Below, piece by piece: positions 22,858 through 34,413 of a stretch of DNA of 64,000 bases (position 1 is its first letter; every line of letters starts with the position of its first letter). The stretch is from assembly GCA_001599295.1 (NCBI GenBank), contig BCGN01000008.1, forward strand, positions 1,116,001 through 1,180,000. Direction: 5' to 3'. This stretch comes from Sporopachydermia quercuum (taxonomy: Eukaryota). Position numbers and translations under genes: made by a program. The notes below the pieces were generated by a model that saw only the letters and a program-made list of their open reading frames with translations, searched no databases and was not told the origin of the DNA.

Positions 22858-23724
22858 ACTATAAAGTTTCCAGTGATACCTCAAGAACAGCTCGGCCCAA
22901 TTACTTTGGGAGGTATTTCTTTTTTTTGACTATGAGATGCACAAGCAGGTTGCTCCGCTCGTTTATCCGATAGATATTTTTGTTAATGGTCATAATTTGT
23001 GTTATCGTTTATTTACTTTTGGGTAATAAATGTATTGAGTTTGTAGGGGGTAACATACAAGATAAAATATACCTGGACACTGAGTGAGGGATTGTTACAT
23101 TACCGGACAATAGGAAGTATACGTGTCTTGTCCGGATAACCGTATTACTGGACCATGTGACGCGTCCAATTTTATAGCAGGATTGAAATCTCGATACAAC
23201 CTGAGCGCGGAAAGAGGCTCCAGAAAGGTATTATTGATTCGTTTTACTCACTTTTTAACATTAATCAATCAATGGAAATACTCAGGGTTATTTCTGGTTT
23301 CGGTTATTGTGATAGTCCAAGTAGGTGATTTTTGTTACGATTGATCACGATTATCTGAAGACATACTTGCAGTTGGGCTTCTATCAGGAGTGATCTGAGA
23401 AGTTGCAAACACGACCGGAATAGAGATACAGAACCCAATAGGATTGATCACAAAAGACTGATCAGCTATATGAGGTGTTGCAAATAAAAATTCAAAGTGG
23501 CAAGAACGAGCTGAATAACTGATACTTTACGAAACAGGGAAGGACTTTGTAGAAATTATCATCAGTAACAAGTTAAGAAGTCTGACATTTATTGTCTCAA
23601 GCTTCAATTCAGAATAATTCAGCTATCTCTTTTCTTCTATCGAACAATTTAGGAACAGATTTACATTATTAATTACATCTAATATCAGGACTTTCCTTTA
23701 GATTAGCAACATTCAACTAGCACA

Positions 23725-25614
23725 ATGAAAAGTTATCTTATTATCTTTCAAACAGTCCTTGCGGTCTTACTCTTGGTAACACCATCAGCAGCATTCTATT
23801 TACCAGGAGTATCACCAAAAGACTACGAAGTTGGTGATCCAATCCCATTACTTGTCAACCATATAACACCATCATTGGACAAAGCGGAAACTAGTAAAGT
23901 GAATGTGTTTTCTTATGAATACTATGATCCAAGGTTCAATTTCTGTAAACCAAAGGACAATGCTATCAAAGTATCCGAGTCATTAGGGTCTATTGTGTTT
24001 GGTGATAGAATCATGACTTCACCTTTTGAATTGTTTATGATGAAGAATGAAACGTGTAAAACATTATGCTCATCAGGGTATCTTAAGCAAACAATTATAT
24101 TTGTGAATAGAAGTATTAGAAAAGGATATTCATATAATTGGCTGATCGATGGATTACCAGCGGCTAGACCCATGTTTGATACTCGTACTGAATCGGAGTT
24201 CTATGCTAATGGATTTAATATTGGTTCTGTTGATGATAACAGGGTTGCACATTTATACAATCATTTTGATATCACAGTGGAGTACCACACTACTAAAGAA
24301 AACAAGCATAGAGTAGTAGGTGTTCTTGTGGAACCATACTCTTGGGACAGAGATTCCAAGAACCCCCCGTCAGAAGGCTTATGTGAGGCGAAATGGGAAC
24401 CAGTGACTTTGATGCCAGATAGTGATAAAGAAGTACTGTTTACATACGGTGTTAGATTTGTTGAATCCCATACTGTCTGGGCTACAAGATGGGATAAATA
24501 TCTCCATGTTTATGATCCTAAGATCCAATGGTTCTCTCTAATTAATTTTTCTGTCATTGTATTACTATTATCAGGTATATTGACGAATGTATTGGTCAGA
24601 GCATTACGCAAGGATTTTACCCGCTATAATGATCCTGAACTTGAAGACGCCTTACAAGAAGACGGTGGATGGAAACTTGTTCATGGTGATGTATTTCGAC
24701 CACCTTCTCGTCCGGCACTTCTATCTATATTCATTGGATCTGGTGCTCAACTGTTTGTAATGGTTCTGGTGACTACAGTGTTTGCTTTACTTGGATTCTT
24801 GTCACCTTCAAGCCGAGGATCTCTTTCTACTGTGATGCTTCTTTTGTTCTGCTTGTGTAGTGTTTTTGGGGGATTTTTCTCCTCTTTGGCATATAAATTT
24901 TTTCAAGGAGAGAATTGGAAGCTTGTTATGGCATTTACACCTTTACTTGTCCCTGGAGTAATTTTCTTGGTCTTCGTGTTTTTGAATTTTTTCCTTATTG
25001 CTGTGCACTCATCAGGAGCTGTTCCCTTTGGTACCATGGTAGCAATCGTTTTGATGTGGTTTGTTGTTTCTATCCCACTCTCGGTAGTAGGTTCACTCTT
25101 AGGATGGAAATTCAGAATTCCAGTCTTCCCTATACGAACGAATCAAATTCCTCGTCAAATTCCTCCTCAGCCTGCTTATTTGAAACTCATTCCATCTGTC
25201 ATGTTAGGTGGTATTTTTCCCTTTGGGGCAATGGCAGTTGAACTCTTTTTCATTGTCAGTTCTATCTGGTTCAATAAGGTATTCTATATGTTCGGTTTCT
25301 TATTTTTAGCTATCGTTTTGGTAATCATCACTACCGCTATCATTAGCGTTATGATGACATATTATTCCTTATCAGCAGAAAATTATCATTGGCAATGGAG
25401 AAGCTTCTTCATTGCTGGTGGTTGTGGTATTTATGCTTTCCTTCACTCTCTTCTTTTAACTGGATTTAGATTAGAAGGTTTTGCATCTGTTGTGTTGTAT
25501 TTTGGATACTCCTTATTGTTATCGATAATGATTTCATTGGTTTGTTCTTTTATTGGTTTCCTGGCCAGTGCTGTGTTTGTTTTTAAAATCTATGGATACC
25601 TGAAAATTGATTAA
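23725..25614 (+). CDS. EMP70: Transmembrane 9 superfamily (nonaspanin) protein, Emp70/Tmn2 type
   Basis: Signal peptide followed by FYLPGV; SLGSIVFGDRI, WATRWDKYL, IQWFSLINF, GWKLVHGDVFRPP, RTNQIPRQIP; C-terminal KID. Confidence 0.95.
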   Translation: MKSYLIIFQTVLAVLLLVTPSAAFYLPGVSPKDYEVGDPIPLLVNHITPSLDKAETSKVNVFSYEYYDPRFNFCKPKDNAIKVSESLGSIVFGDRIMTSPFELFMMKNETCKTLCSSGYLKQTIIFVNRSIRKGYSYNWLIDGLPAARPMFDTRTESEFYANGFNIGSVDDNRVAHLYNHFDITVEYHTTKENKHRVVGVLVEPYSWDRDSKNPPSEGLCEAKWEPVTLMPDSDKEVLFTYGVRFVESHTVWATRWDKYLHVYDPKIQWFSLINFSVIVLLLSGILTNVLVRALRKDFTRYNDPELEDALQEDGGWKLVHGDVFRPPSRPALLSIFIGSGAQLFVMVLVTTVFALLGFLSPSSRGSLSTVMLLLFCLCSVFGGFFSSLAYKFFQGENWKLVMAFTPLLVPGVIFLVFVFLNFFLIAVHSSGAVPFGTMVAIVLMWFVVSIPLSVVGSLLGWKFRIPVFPIRTNQIPRQIPPQPAYLKLIPSVMLGGIFPFGAMAVELFFIVSSIWFNKVFYMFGFLFLAIVLVIITTAIISVMMTYYSLSAENYHWQWRSFFIAGGCGIYAFLHSLLLTGFRLEGFASVVLYFGYSLLLSIMISLVCSFIGFLASAVFVFKIYGYLKID

Positions 25615-26267
25615 ACTGAGATCAGAGAAAAGTACTATTGGTTTGAAATCAGTCAGTGGTTCAATTTGAAAGTAATTTAGTTGCGAGCGATAATCAGGTA
25701 AGTGAGTAAGTAGCTAGCTATCTACTGATCAATTTTCAAAAATTAATAAATGTAGTACGGTTATAGTTTAGTTGAACACTGCATGTCATTTCATCTTATT
25801 TATGTTAGCTATATCAAACGAGTATCAATCTTTCATATTTAAGAGTTCTTGGTCGTTCTGCTGTAACTTCATCTCTCAAACTACCCTAAGTAACTCATAA
25901 GCTACCATATTTTCTTTCCTGGCCCTTGGCATTGGCTTCGAATATATGACTTAAAAGAGTAGTTTGCCATGTTATCTGTCTGAAATTTACATTGTCTCGA
26001 TCGAAAAGAACCAAGCAAACTGCTACGAGAAAGAATAAATTATAAAGTGATATCTAAGGTTTCTTGCTTTGGGTTATTGGTAATCGATGATATATGATGA
26101 GTTACATATATATTTATCTATTTAATATTGCGTACCGATGATTGACCTAACTTACGAAAGAAGTACAAGTTTTAACATTTATTGTTGATATAAGGCCAAA
26201 AGAAGAGGACCACATCAGACAAGATGAATAAAGTTGAATAAACTGCCTCGATTGTTATCTTAGGAAA

Positions 26268-26307
26268 CTGAAAAAGGCTTCCTAATTCTGAAAAAGGCTT
26301 CCTAATT
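26268..26307. repeat. Perfect tandem duplication, 2 x 20 bp (ctgaaaaaggcttcctaatt)
   Basis: Read directly at 26268-26287 and 26288-26307. Confidence 0.95.
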
Positions 26308-29300
26308 CTTACCAAAGATATATCTATGTTGACTTCAGAAAGGGAATACACAATATTGACATTGAATTGTTAAAATCAGACCCTGATGAAACGAGGCTTC
26401 CCGTGATCTCCTAGAAAGAAAACAAGTAAGAAAAAAGTTCGCAGTCCAGGAGGAGATCAGTATTCTTCCATGTGATAGCGAATAAATGTTAAGGTGAAGA
26501 AAGCATGCGAATTTTTTTGATGGATTTTGATGGAGTCTGCATACATGTGAAACCTATTTCCAGAAGGTATAAGCTTAAAGTTAGGTTACCGTTTTAATCT
26601 AATTGAAAGCTTATATCCTGTAAGACTTGAGACGATCGAAGTCAAATAATAAAGCAATAAAACATTCGGGTTCGAATTCATATATGTTTTTTACTTAGAT
26701 TAATTCTTTAGTAACGCTCAAGTTATATGATTACTTTCTTTATTTCTCTTCATGTTCGATGGAGAATTGATACAATTGATATCATTACTTCAGCTCTAGT
26801 ACCTTAAAATTCAAGATAGAGTTGGAATGGCAATATTCTAAAATAGATGAGAAAGTTGTATTAGGTTGCCTTATTTGGTTTATAAAATTGTTATCGTCAA
26901 GCCCTTCGGTCTGATTAAGATTTGCCTTAAGGTTTTATATAGTCAAACGTTAATTGAATCAGGTTTTGTTGTAGAAATGCTTTTAATATATCGTAGCGAA
27001 GCTACCCCTAGTTCTTACATTCCGATTCCACGCGTTCCAACTCGGGAATCTTGAATGACTCTTGCATCGCCTAATTTACATAGCAAACAATATATAGTTA
27101 TTGCTCAGAATATCTTAGGACTCTTATTCTCTGATTCGGGTGCTTTCGCGGAACTGACAATACTATCTCAATAAATAAGGCGGTGTAAAGATAGCGCAAA
27201 AGTCACTATTAGTTGTTTCTGGTTGTATAACAAAGGCAGAGCAAGCTGAATAGATTTTTCTGGAACCTACCAAATATGCATTTCAATTTCGTTAGGATTA
27301 GCAATAAGCAAGTGAGACAACGCTTTTCTTTTGATTCGCCTTACCTCAATGATATTCGCATAAACTCGGGCAGGAAACAGCATGATTCTCCAACTTTAAA
27401 GTGATCTTTAAGATCAATTTCACATAGTGACAAGAGTACAATTAAGTTACCGACAGTTAGGTGAAAAATTGTTCCAAGCTTTAAGTTTGGCTTGATCTCT
27501 TTTTGGTTCATTTTGGGATCAAGAAGATTGATTCAAATTAAAAATTTGAAGCTAAATAATGCAATCTAAAGAGGAAGTAACTTTATTTTATTATTTTTGA
27601 GTGAAGAAACTTTAATGAATAGCACAGGTCAAAGAAATTGAACCGGTAATTGTAATAAATGATCTTTGGAGTCAAGATTTCGTTGCTATAAGATCAGTGA
27701 ATTTTTTAATGAAAGTCAGGCTTACAAGAAAGGTCAAGTAGCAACAGATATAATTAAGAAGTCACGGAAGGTCTATTGCTTTAGGTAATATATACGACAT
27801 TTGCAAAGCTGTTTCAAATGACATAGCTCTTATGCTTTTAGCGGGATAAAAGATGAAAAAGTGTAAAAGAAGTTTTATACAAACATAAAATTTGTGGGTT
27901 TATTATATTCATCATAATAGAATTTCTCTAAGACTGCAATCTACTTATGGATTCAAAATATTTGAAGAAGCTAGAGTTTGCTTGGGTTATTATGCAGGAA
28001 AGAATCGAATTTGAAGCATTTAAGCTCACATCGGATTCATTAACCAACTTCCTAGTCTTCCTCTAATGGCATTTCTAAGTTGTTCGAATGTAACTTCTTT
28101 GAATCTTATTTTTCCTACAGCTGTAAGCTGTAATTATAGAAAGATATATCAAAATCAATCAGCTCTAGAGTTCAAGAGTGGCTTAATATCTTAAAATGTA
28201 TGCTGAGTTGTTCTAATACGAGTTCCCAAAAAATCAATTTGTATTTGATCGATAAACAAATTATCTGGAAAAGTTCTTTAAGACTTATTATTACCTTAAT
28301 TTGCTAATATAATGAATAGAATAATATAAAGTGTGCACTCTGCTCAATGATATATTAATATAACATATTATATATGTNAAAGTATATATATTAACTATAT
28401 ATTTGAGTGAGAAAGCTATCTTTCATTCTCCTTTTAATGCTCCCTACCACAACCCGTTTTCTCAGATAGTTTGGCAGAAAGATTTAAGAAAATAAGAAAT
28501 GATAATTTTAAGATGTCTCCTTTAAAAATAAATCATAGATGTCTGAATATGAAAACAATAAGACAAGAAAAAGCCATAGAGGCCATGATGTAATATTACA
28601 ATGAACTGGTGAAAGAAAAATAAAATATTCACTATCAGCTTCTTGCCCAAAAAAATTCCTTACTTATCTAAAAAAATTTCACACGCTTGCTAGTTCTATA
28701 TAAATCGGAAATCTTTTAGTTGTTTATCAACAATTTTCTCTATTTTCACTATTAGGAACTTCACACTATTATTTTCTTTTTACCAATAAATCGTTATTCG
28801 AGTAAGCTTAAAAAAATTTGTTGTCGAAAAACATCGGCAAAGAATATAAGAGAACCATCAAAATTATAAACGCAAAACTGTAAAGATTAGAAACTTATTA
28901 GATGTACTATATATTAATAGGTTAAATCAGATTTTGGAGGACAGAGCTTACTACGATCACATTTATAATGTTGCATTATGATAATTAGGGGCTATTATAG
29001 TACAGTAGAATAACAATTTTATTTTGTAAGCAAGTATCTCCACACATAGAAATGGAACTGAAGTTCTTAAAAATTGTTTTGAGAGAAGAAACACGATTGT
29101 GTAAAGCTATGAAGTTTAGCTCTGCAACCTCACAATAATCTCCCTATTGGCTTATAATTGCTTTACTTAAACTCGTCAAAAAGAGCATTCTCATAGCCTT
29201 TTCGATAAGTTTCTACATCACTAGATTCATCAGCGGCTCAGGATAAAGATCGGAAAATCTAACTTGATCTGGCTGGCATTAAGGAGTTAAGTTCAAGCTA

Positions 29301-29637
29301 ACGACTCTTCATATTTTAAGCTTATGATTAATTATATTTATTCAGTTATGATTATATTGAACCAATGGGTAGGTAAAACCATTCGAACGAAAGAAAATCA
29401 AAAAGAAAAGCTATAGAATAAAGCATACCGCTTTCAAAGCTATAGTAATTACTTGCAAAATAATCGTGCTCATTAATCATAAAATTACTCCATAATAAAT
29501 TAGTTAGCTATTGACTGCTTTAACGAGTATCATCAATGAATTTCAGAAACTTTGAATGAATCGTGTTTTTGCAACTTCTTGCCCCAATCAGTCATGAAGT
29601 AAGAATAAATACAAAAGTAGATCATTGTTTAAACTTC

Positions 29638-29670
29638 CTCTCAGTAGACTCTTAGTAGACTCTCAGTAGA
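29638..29670. repeat. Tandem repeat, 3 x 11 bp (ctctYagtaga)
   Basis: ctctcagtaga / ctcttagtaga / ctctcagtaga. Confidence 0.9.
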
Positions 29671-32600
29671 AAGTTTTAAATCTAAAGTCTCTATTATATT
29701 CTTTTATCATACTCAGGAATGATAATATTTTGTTTTCTTTGAATGCCTGAATAATCACCAATCAGTCGAACAAAATATCAATTGTTGATTCGAAAATTAG
29801 AGTTTCTTAATAATTAGAGTTCAACTTTTTTATTTACCTAAAATTAATTTCCAATCTTAGAGTTCATGTTTATGCTTCTTTGATAGTAATTGAGTTTGGC
29901 CTTAATACTTTAACTTTGATTAGATCAGTAGGTTGGAAATGGAACAAATTCCAACCTCAGTTGAACATAATCTACTAAGGGAGAAAGCAAAGAATCTATA
30001 TCATCTATAAATATAGCATATTTTATGGAATGGAGGGAGAAAACTTGATTTATCATATTGTTTTTTAAAAATTTGTTTGAGCAGCAAAACAAGGACAGGA
30101 GTACAGAAAATTTTGACTGGACTTCATTATCGTTTGGATTTAACCTATCGAAGAAGTTCAATCATTCGAATAAAAATGAACAAAACTTTTGATTAAATTC
30201 AGTTTAAATTTATTGGTTTTTTATTGTAATATGGTTGTAGTAAATTATTCCATCTCGCAGCCTTTTCTTTTCTTTTCTTTTCGTTAGTCCCAATAGCTTA
30301 TAGTCAAGTATTATGCTGTATAATATCATACGCAGAACATATATCTATACTACACAGTTGCGGATATACTTCCGTCCAAATAAAAACGAAGTTTCTGCTT
30401 TCAAAATCTTGCATAGATGTGATTCAGTAAAAAAAACGCAGTTCATGGAACTGCTTCGAGGGGAAGACTCTTCAAATTACAAGAATTGCCGAGGCATTGA
30501 AGCTATACAAGTTTCATCACTATTATTAGTTATACATGAATAATAAGTAAATAAATGGTAAATAAGTAGTAAATAACAATATTTAGAAATTAATTGCAGA
30601 TTAGCAGTAGACATATACAGTCTACAGACATATACTGACTTTCTACTCCAGAGCCACCCCTTGCTGTGTCTTAACGTTTTTCTTATATTTACTTTTAGCA
30701 TTACTTCCTAACTCTCAGACGGCAATTATTACACTTTATATCCTAATGCATTGTAACCAGTGTAAACCTTGGTGCGCTATGTCTTAGGTTCTTCTTTCTG
30801 GTGGCTTCTGGCTTAAATTAGGCACAGGTCTAAGTTGCAAATAACAACAATCGTTGCAGCACTCTAGCTGGCAGAAGAGCTGAAACTTCAAATGACTTTT
30901 TCTACAAACAGTAGTTATGAAAGGTTTATTACAACTAGTAATTATGAATCTATCCTAATATTACAACAGAGCAAATGACAACTTGAACATAAAACGGGAT
31001 CTCTTATTAGTGAAATACTTCAAAGCATTATCAGTGTCAAGCAAAAAATCTGATAAGATTGTGTTAACAAGTTAAAAGTAAATATTTTTCAAAAATAGCC
31101 TTTTCCTGGTTAAAAAATCTCAAATCAACAGGGGAAAAAAGGAGGAAAAGGAAATGGATTGAAAGTTTTTCTTCTAACTGAATACCTAAACTAAAAAGTT
31201 ATAGTGGAAAACATATCTATGATATTTTTTATTTGCTTCGGCTATATATCGTATCAAGTTTTTCGTTAAGTGTTTTCAAGGGGAAAAAGAATCAATAGCA
31301 GAAGAAGGATTGTTTACTAAAGGACATCCATCATCTTTTGACTATTCTAAGTCATGAGCCACAGTATATCGGTTGTTCCTAGTCACATTCTAGTAAACTA
31401 TATCCCTGAAAAAGTGTAGACTCATTAGTTTTTGGGTCACAATTAAATAACTTGCTTTATTAAGATTTTCGTAGAGACAAATGGAAATACTCTCATTAAT
31501 AAAAGTTGGAATTGGCTATGAAGTTGTAGAAACCTAGTTCCATTTCATAGAAGTTTATTGCCTAAGCGAAATAAACAGTGTTCACTCTTTCTTCAAGCTA
31601 CCTATGAACTTCTAAAGTGCCAACTGTGTTGATTTTTTTAAGTATGACTCTCGTGAGCCAGAGAAGTACTCCCGGCAAAATTAGCTAGTGAAATAATAGA
31701 AAATGAACTACAAACTACAAAAGAAGGTTACCAAAAGCATCCGCAACAACTTGCCTAGATTATTATAAATATGAATTGTTCTATGATAAAGCCCTGTATT
31801 TTGAAAATGAAAGAAGTTGATCAGAACGTCAAATTCGCTTTATCATTAATAGAATGGGAAAACAAATTTGTGTAGTCACGCCTGTAGAGATCCCTGTTTC
31901 CGGTGTTCTTAAGAAACCTGATTATTTTAACTCTCAGGGAAAAAGGAAATAATGAAAATAACCCAATGAATTAACAAAAGTCCGCCAAATAATATTTGAA
32001 GTTATACATTGATGAAAAAAGTTTCGTTTCATTAAATAAAAGTAGATGATAGATTCATACCTTCCTTTTGCGTGATGGCCACCACATCATCCTAGGATGT
32101 TCATACTTGCTACTGGTCATTAGTTTGAGTTATCAGTTTGATTGGGAAGTCAAATAAAAGTCGATGACTGTTGTACCTGAAATGACTAGTGAACAGAAAC
32201 TTAAACTTAATATCTAGTTTATTATTCGGCCCTTTAAGATTCTCTTACAATCTTTTGTTGTTTCTTTTATCGAGTCATAACTTAGAACACAGAAAATTTG
32301 ACTAAAGACTCAAACCAATTGAAATAAATCAATAGACTGGTTTTGACTTTACTATAAGATGCAAACCAATCGAAGATTAAGATGAAGTACGAAGATGTTA
32401 GTGAAGAATTCTTGATTTGGAGTTAGGTTATTTAGAGACATATATTTTTTGTCCTAATAAATGAAACCTTGATTATCATTATAGGTATTTATATGAGTGC
32501 AATCCCACCTTGAACAGAACCTTGCTCCATATTCTTCTCTTCTTGCTATTTATCATCTTTTCTCTTCTAACATTGCGTTGCATATACGCTCAATCATACC

Positions 32601-33567
32601 CATTAAGAGATCCGATGCTTTTCCCTACTTTTACTGGAAATTTGAATCTCCAGCTGAATGAATAATCCAGACAAGTAACTTACTAACCGTAATTTTCATC
32701 TCACTCAGTAAGCTTTCTATTTTTAGTTGATATTTTCTATTCAACTATAAACTAAGTTTAAATAACAAGCGAAATAGAGTTAAAAAAGACTAAAAAGAAA
32801 TTTCCTTATCCAATTATTTTCTCTTGAACTCTAAAGAGATCAGATCAAGTTTATTTTTACAAGAATTTAAAGTTCGTGATGCTTTTAGTTCATGTTTATA
32901 GTGGCCATTTGTCATTGTTGGAGAGTCAATCGTATCAAAGATATCACATTCTAATCATACAGCTAGCTAGTTAAATAATTATATACTGGAACATACCAAG
33001 TTAGTCCATAAATCATTGTCTATCTATTTCTATTTTCTATTGTCTTTCTTCGCGGGTATTTTTCTATTCTTTCAGATTCTTTTCGATAATAAGTTTTCCA
33101 TCTTGAAAAGCATCTTTTTTTCTTCTTTCCTTCTCTTTCTTTTTAACATTTTTCTGTCCATATATTCTTTGTTAAGGACAATCACCACTTCCTTAAGTTA
33201 AACACGAAGTCAAAGCCAATACGAAAATATCAAGGAATATTAAACGCGTTTTAGAATTGTTATTACAAGAGATTTAATAAACATGTGCATTAAAATCGAC
33301 GTTATTATGTCAGCACAACAGTAACATAATTAGAAGTTGAAACTAGTAATCAATCATCTACAGTATAGCAGGTTTCTTCCAAGTTTTCTAGCAACCCGGA
33401 AAACGAAGAGGATTATATTACTATACAACTATATGCACATTCGCACACCAAGTTATGAACTCACAAGTGAAACCAATCACTACTATGTATTGTGAAACTC
33501 TTGTCATCAATGTTTTGAATAGTCAATAATTACGGTGCTATTAGATCAGAATTAACTACCTTTTGCA

Positions 33568-34413
33568 ATGAATTCTGGGCCAAAGAAGGCGTGCTATAAA
33601 TGTGGAGATCTTGGCCATTTGGCGAATGAGTGTATATATTCTGAACGATTATGTTACAATTGCAAACAACCAGGTCATGAATCAACCAATTGTCCATTTC
33701 CTAGAACAACATCAACTAAACAATGTTATTACTGTCAGTCAATAGGACACGTTCAAAGTGAATGCCCTAAATACCGAAGTGAAAGATTGATAGATTATAT
33801 GCAAATTCCAAATAACTCAAGTAACTCGTTTATTCATGGTAATTATCCTCAAATTTCTTATACAGCTCATCTACCAATAACCGATCTACAAACATCAGCA
33901 TTACCACATTCTACCAGCATACCAAGTTATCACCTTCATTCTCATCCGAGTCATCCTCACCAGTTGTTACTACCAACATCGCGTCCTCCTTCAGAACAAA
34001 TGCCTCTTATACCCACTTATGCACAATACTACTCTGATAACTCAAATTCATATTATATACAGAATCCAGAAATTCACATTCCAACAACAAGCTATAAAAC
34101 TCAATGTTATAACTGTGGTAATTATTCACACATGGCTACTGACTGCCCTCAAGTGTTACTGAATTTAACGCCAGGGTGTACCAACCCAGGGAATCCTAAT
34201 ACTACGGGATATGCACAAATTGTTTGTTATAGATGTGGAGCACCAAACCATCTAGCAAAAGAGTGTCCCCACAATTCAGACAGGTGCTACTCGTGCGGTG
34301 AAGCAGGTCATCTAGCAAAAGATTGCCCTTCAATAGAAAAGGAAAAAACATGCTATCGCTGTGGGGAAAAAGGTCATATAAGTAAGGATTGTCCCTCGGC
34401 GACTGTATTATAA
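33568..34413 (+). CDS. GIS2: CNBP/Gis2-like RNA-binding protein with seven CCHC zinc knuckles and a long low-complexity linker
   Basis: Seven CX2CX4HX4C units. The opening KACYKCGDLGHLANEC..ERLCYNCKQPGHESTNCP.PRT..KQCY is Gis2-like. Confidence 0.85.
   Translation: MNSGPKKACYKCGDLGHLANECIYSERLCYNCKQPGHESTNCPFPRTTSTKQCYYCQSIGHVQSECPKYRSERLIDYMQIPNNSSNSFIHGNYPQISYTAHLPITDLQTSALPHSTSIPSYHLHSHPSHPHQLLLPTSRPPSEQMPLIPTYAQYYSDNSNSYYIQNPEIHIPTTSYKTQCYNCGNYSHMATDCPQVLLNLTPGCTNPGNPNTTGYAQIVCYRCGAPNHLAKECPHNSDRCYSCGEAGHLAKDCPSIEKEKTCYRCGEKGHISKDCPSATVL

Noticed and set aside
24142..24144. Possible CUG codon reassignment (Ser/Ala)
   Set aside because: CTG occurs at conserved Leu positions in EMP70, PCD1 and LAA1.
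25698..25755. GTAAGT...TACTGAT...TAG downstream of EMP70 (possible 3'-UTR intron)
   Set aside because: Weak branch site and no coding frame to test it against; needs RNA-seq.
28378..28378. Ambiguous base n (also at 60299)
   Set aside because: Assembly ambiguity or heterozygous site, not a biological feature; it does not break the PCD1 frame.
32681..32708. TACTAAC followed by CAG upstream of GIS2 (possible 5'-UTR intron)
   Set aside because: No consensus donor nearby; several chance TACTAAC matches are expected in 64 kb of AT-rich DNA.
33568..34413. CCHC knuckles as a retrotransposon nucleocapsid partner for the solitary gag
   Set aside because: Seven knuckles with a Gis2-like N-terminus indicate the cellular CNBP family; it lies 23 kb away with no evidence of a link.
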